From an uncultured Planctomycetales bacterium (GTDB taxonomy: Bacteria; Planctomycetota; MHYJ01; JACPRB01), in NCBI GenBank assembly GCA_964468745.1, contig CAYXVY010000201.1, forward strand, positions 4,584 to 68,583: 64,000 nt of DNA, read 5' to 3'. Below, in pieces: positions 59,761 through 64,000 of this stretch (position 1 is its first letter; every line of letters begins with the position of its first letter). Position numbers and translations under genes: made by a program. The notes beneath the pieces are model-generated. The model was not told where the DNA came from, did not search any database, and worked only from the letters and a program-made list of their open reading frames with translations.

Positions 59761-60108
59761 CTAATTGCGCTGGAGCTCGTGGACCTTCTGCTTCACCTTC
59801 TCGAGGGGGATGAAGAGATACAGTGAAGCCAGGCTCATCACGACGAACAGCCCCAGGATGACGATAACGATGAACGGGCCGGTCTTGCCGTCGAGTGTGC
59901 CGCATGCGATGAGGACGAGCGGGACTGCGGCGACGGCCGCGAATAGATACCAGAACGAGCGGATGAAGTGGCAGACCGCGAGCACGTGGACCGTGGGGAC
60001 AGGGATGGGGTCGACTCCCACGTCGCGGTAGAGCTGGGCGTAGACGGGGGCTTTCCAGCAGGCGACGCCGAAAAACCACGAGCAGAGGAAGAGCCAGGCG
60101 GCCGCCAT
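59761..60108 (-). CDS. small membrane protein (115 aa, 3 TM)
   Basis: hydrophobic ORF between accA and gcvT; the rest of the long ORF is antisense to accA. Confidence 0.4.
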   Translation of the reverse strand: MAAAWLFLCSWFFGVACWKAPVYAQLYRDVGVDPIPVPTVHVLAVCHFIRSFWYLFAAVAAVPLVLIACGTLDGKTGPFIVIVILGLFVVMSLASLYLFIPLEKVKQKVHELQRN

Positions 60109-60185
60109 CCAGATGCGGTGGGAGATCCGGTTCGGCTTCGCGGCGTCGCTCACGCGCCCATCATGTCGAAATGAGGGCGCGATTG

Positions 60186-61193
60186 CTATGCCTTGGATTG
60201 CGCGGCGCCGACGAGCTTCGACGATTCCTCTTCCGAGAAGACGCCGATCTTGCGGTATTTGTCGTAGCGCTTCTCCAGGAGCCGGTCGATGGGGTCGCGG
60301 TCGAGCTCCTCGAGATAGCGCACGATCGTGTCGCGAAGGATCTCCGCCGACTTCTTGTGGTCGCGATGGGCGCCGCCCGGAGGCTCCGGAATGATGTCGT
60401 TGATGATCCCGAGATTCTGAAGGTCCGGCGCCGTGAGCCGCAGCAGCTCCGCCGCGAGCGGCGCCTTCGTGCTGTCGCGCCACAGGATCGCCGCGCACCC
60501 TTCGGGCGAGATCACCGACAGATACGAGTTCTCCAGCATCGAGAGGCGGTCTGCGACGCAAATCCCGAGCGCGCCGCCGCTGCCCCCCTCGCCGATGACG
60601 ATTGAAATGATCGGCGTCTTGAGTCTCGACATCTCCATCAGGTTGCGCGCGATGACCAGCGCCTGGCCGCGCTCCTCCGCGCCGATCCCCGGGTACGCGC
60701 CAGGCGTGTTCACGAGCGTGACTACGGGGAGGCGGAACTTCTCGGCCAGCTTCATCTTCTCGAGGGCCTTGCGGTACCCCTCGGGGTGCGGGCTGCCGAA
60801 GTTGCGCTCCAAGCGTTCCTTCGTCGTCTTGCCCTTGCACTGCGCGATGAGCATGATGCGGCGGCCGCCGACGCGGCACAGGCCCGTGATCAGCGCCTTG
60901 TCGTCGCCGTACGCCTTGTCCCCGTGAAGCTCGGTAAAGTCGGGGAAGATGAGGGGGATGTAATCGGTCGTCTCCGGCCGGTTCGGGTGGCGCGCGATCT
61001 GCACGCGCTGCCAGGCCGTGAGCTTGGCGAAGATGTCCTTGGCCCGCTGCGCCCACTCCTCGCGCAGCTTCGCGATCTCGCCCGCCATGTCCACGCCCGA
61101 TTTTTTCTGAACGTTTTCGAGCGTGGCGATCTTCTGGTCGATGTCGACGAGCGGTTTCTCGAAGTCAAGCCCGCTGGCCGGACTCTCTGCCAT
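60186..61193 (-). CDS. accA: acetyl-CoA carboxylase carboxyltransferase subunit alpha
   Basis: typical AccA sequence (VNTPGAYPGIGAEERGQ, SIVIGEGGSGGAL). Confidence 0.92.
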   Translation of the reverse strand: MAESPASGLDFEKPLVDIDQKIATLENVQKKSGVDMAGEIAKLREEWAQRAKDIFAKLTAWQRVQIARHPNRPETTDYIPLIFPDFTELHGDKAYGDDKALITGLCRVGGRRIMLIAQCKGKTTKERLERNFGSPHPEGYRKALEKMKLAEKFRLPVVTLVNTPGAYPGIGAEERGQALVIARNLMEMSRLKTPIISIVIGEGGSGGALGICVADRLSMLENSYLSVISPEGCAAILWRDSTKAPLAAELLRLTAPDLQNLGIINDIIPEPPGGAHRDHKKSAEILRDTIVRYLEELDRDPIDRLLEKRYDKYRKIGVFSEEESSKLVGAAQSKA

Positions 61194-61371
61194 AAATCTT
61201 GGTTTGCTCCTCCCTCACATTATCGGCCGGAATTGTTCATTTATGATCGAGCATCAGGGTGCTCGAATCAACCCGAAAATCGAAAGATTAGGGTTTTCTA
61301 ACCACGGAGGGGTGGGAAGCGAGGTGCGAGGTGCGTGAGCGGGGATGCGGGATTGGGATCGGGATTCGTCG

Positions 61372-62346
61372 TTAGGTTGGGTTGCTCTTCGGTTTCCTCG
61401 CCGCAGCCGCGTCCCCGATCTTCGACGCCGGCTTGTTTGCAATGTCGCCCGTCTTCGATCCCGGCCTGTTCGCGACGTCGCCCTCGCGGTCCCCTTTATT
61501 CGACGGCTCCACCTGCCGCATGCGGATTTGCGTGTCCTTCTTTTCCCACTTCGTCAGCTCGTAGATGACCGTCGTCATGTCCTGGAAGCGATCCGCCGGC
61601 TTCTTCGCCAGCATCCGCTGAACGAGAGCGTCGAGGTCGCTCGACACCGTCGGCACCACGGACCGCATCGACGGCACCGGCTCCGTGAGGTGCTTCTGCA
61701 AAATCGCCCGCTCATTCGTCCCGATGAACGGCGGCCGCTTCGTCAGCAGCTCGAACATCGTCGCGCCGAACGCATAAATGTCCGTGCGCGTATCGCACTT
61801 GTCGCCGCGCACCTGCTCGGGCGCCATGTAAAGCGGCGTCCCCTCCGCGCGGTGTCCCCAGGGCCAGAACCGGTCCCACTTGGTCTGCGCGAGCGAGAAG
61901 TCGATCAGCCGGCACTCGGAATTCGCCGCCACGAGCACGTTTTCGGGCTTCAGATCCTTGTGGATGATGTCGAGCGAATGGATGTACGACAGCGCCTCGG
62001 CGATCTGCCGAAGGATGTAGAACTCGTGCGACAGCGACCGGTCCGGCGTGTACCACATCGCGTACTTGAGGTTCTCGCTCTCGAAATACTCCATCGTGAA
62101 GAACGGCTGCGGACTGTACGCGACGTACTCGTACACCTTGATGATGTGGCGATGGTTGAGTGACTTTGTGAGCGTTGCTTCCTTCTTGAACTGTCTGACT
62201 TTGCGCGACTGTTTCGCGTTCTCCGCGGAGATCTGCTTCAGGGCGAAGATGTGGCCGCGATTGTTGGTCGTGCGCCAGACCGTGCCGACGCTGCCGTCCT
62301 TGATCTTTTCGACGATGCTGTAGCCGGCTAGAAGCTTGCCGATCAT
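61372..62346 (-). CDS. short Ser/Thr protein kinase with C-terminal degenerate peptide repeats
   Basis: IIHKDLKPENVL, DFSLA, APE kinase motifs; C-terminal GDVANRPGSKTGDIANKPASKIGD repeats. Confidence 0.75.
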   Translation of the reverse strand: MIGKLLAGYSIVEKIKDGSVGTVWRTTNNRGHIFALKQISAENAKQSRKVRQFKKEATLTKSLNHRHIIKVYEYVAYSPQPFFTMEYFESENLKYAMWYTPDRSLSHEFYILRQIAEALSYIHSLDIIHKDLKPENVLVAANSECRLIDFSLAQTKWDRFWPWGHRAEGTPLYMAPEQVRGDKCDTRTDIYAFGATMFELLTKRPPFIGTNERAILQKHLTEPVPSMRSVVPTVSSDLDALVQRMLAKKPADRFQDMTTVIYELTKWEKKDTQIRMRQVEPSNKGDREGDVANRPGSKTGDIANKPASKIGDAAAARKPKSNPT

Positions 62347-62407
62347 TCGAGGAGGATTGTATAAGGGAAGCCGCCATTATCCAACTTCCGAAATTCGGAA
62401 TCAAGGT

Positions 62408-63055
62408 ATGGGGGAGCTAGCGCTCGCGCCGGAACAGTACGCCGCCCTCGACTCCGTTGGGCGCACCCTGGGTGCGACGGCGATGCGCACGCAGCAGGCG
62501 CCGCCGTTCCCGGGCGGACCGGCCAGCGCGTCGGTGAAGCTCGCGTGGGAGTCGCCGAGCCGGCACGGACGCCTCGTCGCCGCCGTCAACGAGCTGGAAG
62601 GCAGTTCCACGCAGAGCACCTGGATTTCAATCGAGGACACGCGGCTCCACACGTCCGCCTGGTTGCGCGCCTCCACGCGTGCCCTCGAGGCCGACTGCCT
62701 CGGCGCTCACGTGCCGCATCGACGAAGCGCCATCGGCGATGCCGCGCTCGACGAAGCGCTGGTTCTTGGCATGCCCCCCACGTCGGAGGAGCTGAGCGCG
62801 CTCTATGGTCCCGGCTCCTACGACACCGATTCCGCCGTCCGTGCCTCTGACTCCCTCCTCGAGCGTTGCCGCCCCATGCTGGTGAATATCCTCGCATCGC
62901 TGCGTGAACTCGGCGACTTCATCGTCGAGGTCCAGGACGGCACGCTCAGCGTCCGGTTCCCGCACCTGCTCCCATCGGCTGATGCCTACAGCGCTGCGAT
63001 CGATGCGGCGTCGACGCTGCTCGATCGTGCGGTCGCCCAGGAATCGCCCGCGTAA
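62408..63055 (+). CDS. hypothetical protein
   Basis: ORF with consistent coding composition; no recognisable domain. Confidence 0.4.
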   Translation: MGELALAPEQYAALDSVGRTLGATAMRTQQAPPFPGGPASASVKLAWESPSRHGRLVAAVNELEGSSTQSTWISIEDTRLHTSAWLRASTRALEADCLGAHVPHRRSAIGDAALDEALVLGMPPTSEELSALYGPGSYDTDSAVRASDSLLERCRPMLVNILASLRELGDFIVEVQDGTLSVRFPHLLPSADAYSAAIDAASTLLDRAVAQESPA

Positions 63056-63156
63056 GCAGCCGGAATCCACCAGTCGATCATTTGGTGCTGTCGGGACCGC
63101 CGCCGTCAGCGTCAAAAGCAATGGACGGATCGACTATGATCGTTTCGAGGCCCAAG

Positions 63157-63813
63157 ATGCGAGTCGCGTTGTTCCTGCTGCTGGCGGGGGCGGCCCTCGC
63201 CGACACGTCCCTGCCGCGCCGCGACATCGTTGAGACCGCGTGGCGGAAAGGCGACTGGCAATTCGTCACGAACGACCCCTTTATCGTGGAAGAGGACGCG
63301 GGCGCCGTGCTGGCCCTGCAGATCACGGGGAATGGCGAATCGTGTGCGATTCGACGTCGACTCTTCGATCTTCGACCGCCGATGCGCGTACGCCTGCGGA
63401 TGCGATGGACGGAACAGGCGAAAGGGACCGCTCACCCGAGCGCGCACATCCTGCTCGACCCGCCCGCGCTCGATCACGACTGGTGGAAGAGCCCGATGAC
63501 CGGCGGCGCGTGGACAGGCGAACAGCGAGTGTGGCTCTTCCATTTCGCCACGCACGATCACTGGCGCCAGGTCGGTATGTGCACGAATCTCGAGGCGGCG
63601 CCGGGGCGCCACAAGTTCAGCATCGCCGAGGACGTGTGGACGACCCTGCAAATGACTCTCGAGAAGGACTCCATCACCATCGCCGCCGACGGGAACAAGA
63701 TCGCGACCACGACGGTGGATCTTGCGACGACCAGGCGATTCGCGGTCGGCTTCGGCGACCAGACGTCGACGCGGGTGGAGCTCGACGAGCTTCAGGTCCT
63801 CCCCGGGCGCTAA
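63157..63813 (+). CDS. hypothetical secreted protein
   Basis: signal peptide MRVALFLLLAGAALA; Trp-rich. Confidence 0.45.
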   Translation: MRVALFLLLAGAALADTSLPRRDIVETAWRKGDWQFVTNDPFIVEEDAGAVLALQITGNGESCAIRRRLFDLRPPMRVRLRMRWTEQAKGTAHPSAHILLDPPALDHDWWKSPMTGGAWTGEQRVWLFHFATHDHWRQVGMCTNLEAAPGRHKFSIAEDVWTTLQMTLEKDSITIAADGNKIATTTVDLATTRRFAVGFGDQTSTRVELDELQVLPGR

Positions 63814-64000
63814 CATCTGGCCTAGGGCGTTGCGCGGAAACAAGTTGGTCAATTTCTGCCGCGCACGCAGCGGCTTATGTTCTGCAATGTTCCCGACTTA
63901 ACGCAGAGCGCGCTGAGCAAGACAAGAGGGATTCGGGGCGCGGAGGGGATGTGCCGTCCGCCGGCCCGCGCACAGCGCGGGCGCGTCCATGCAGACTCAG

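Overview
This is a 64 kb high-GC (about 68-70%) bacterial chromosomal segment with roughly 60 genes. The gene content points to a Myxococcota-like organism: many Hanks-type Ser/Thr kinases, sigma-54 enhancer-binding proteins, FHA domains, and MYXO-CTERM-like C-terminal sorting signals. Housekeeping genes present are smpB plus tmRNA (ssrA), the glycine-cleavage operon gcvT-gcvH-gcvPA-gcvPB, accA and mrp/apbC. Between them lies a dense signalling complement. One module, an ECF-like sigma factor with a Ser/Thr kinase or pseudokinase and a paralogous secreted MYXO-CTERM-type protein, recurs three times. Two of the kinases carry N-terminal tandem MshEN-like motifs that may bind c-di-GMP. There are also an FHA-GAF-GGDEF cyclase, two GAF/FHA sigma-54 activators, a STAS-FHA fusion, a HEAT-vWA protein and a kinase with an extracellular FGE-sulfatase-like domain. 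Next to the 3' end of ssrA is a lower-GC island-like stretch with a MutL/Hsp90-like GHKL ATPase, a DUF433/DUF5615 toxin-antitoxin-like pair, and a GIY-YIG nuclease gene flanked by imperfect 36-bp direct repeats. A GGGATY hexamer-repeat family recurs in intergenic regions. No CRISPR array, rRNA or ordinary tRNA was found. Gene boundaries on the minus strand were set by hand from the ORF track and several starts remain uncertain.
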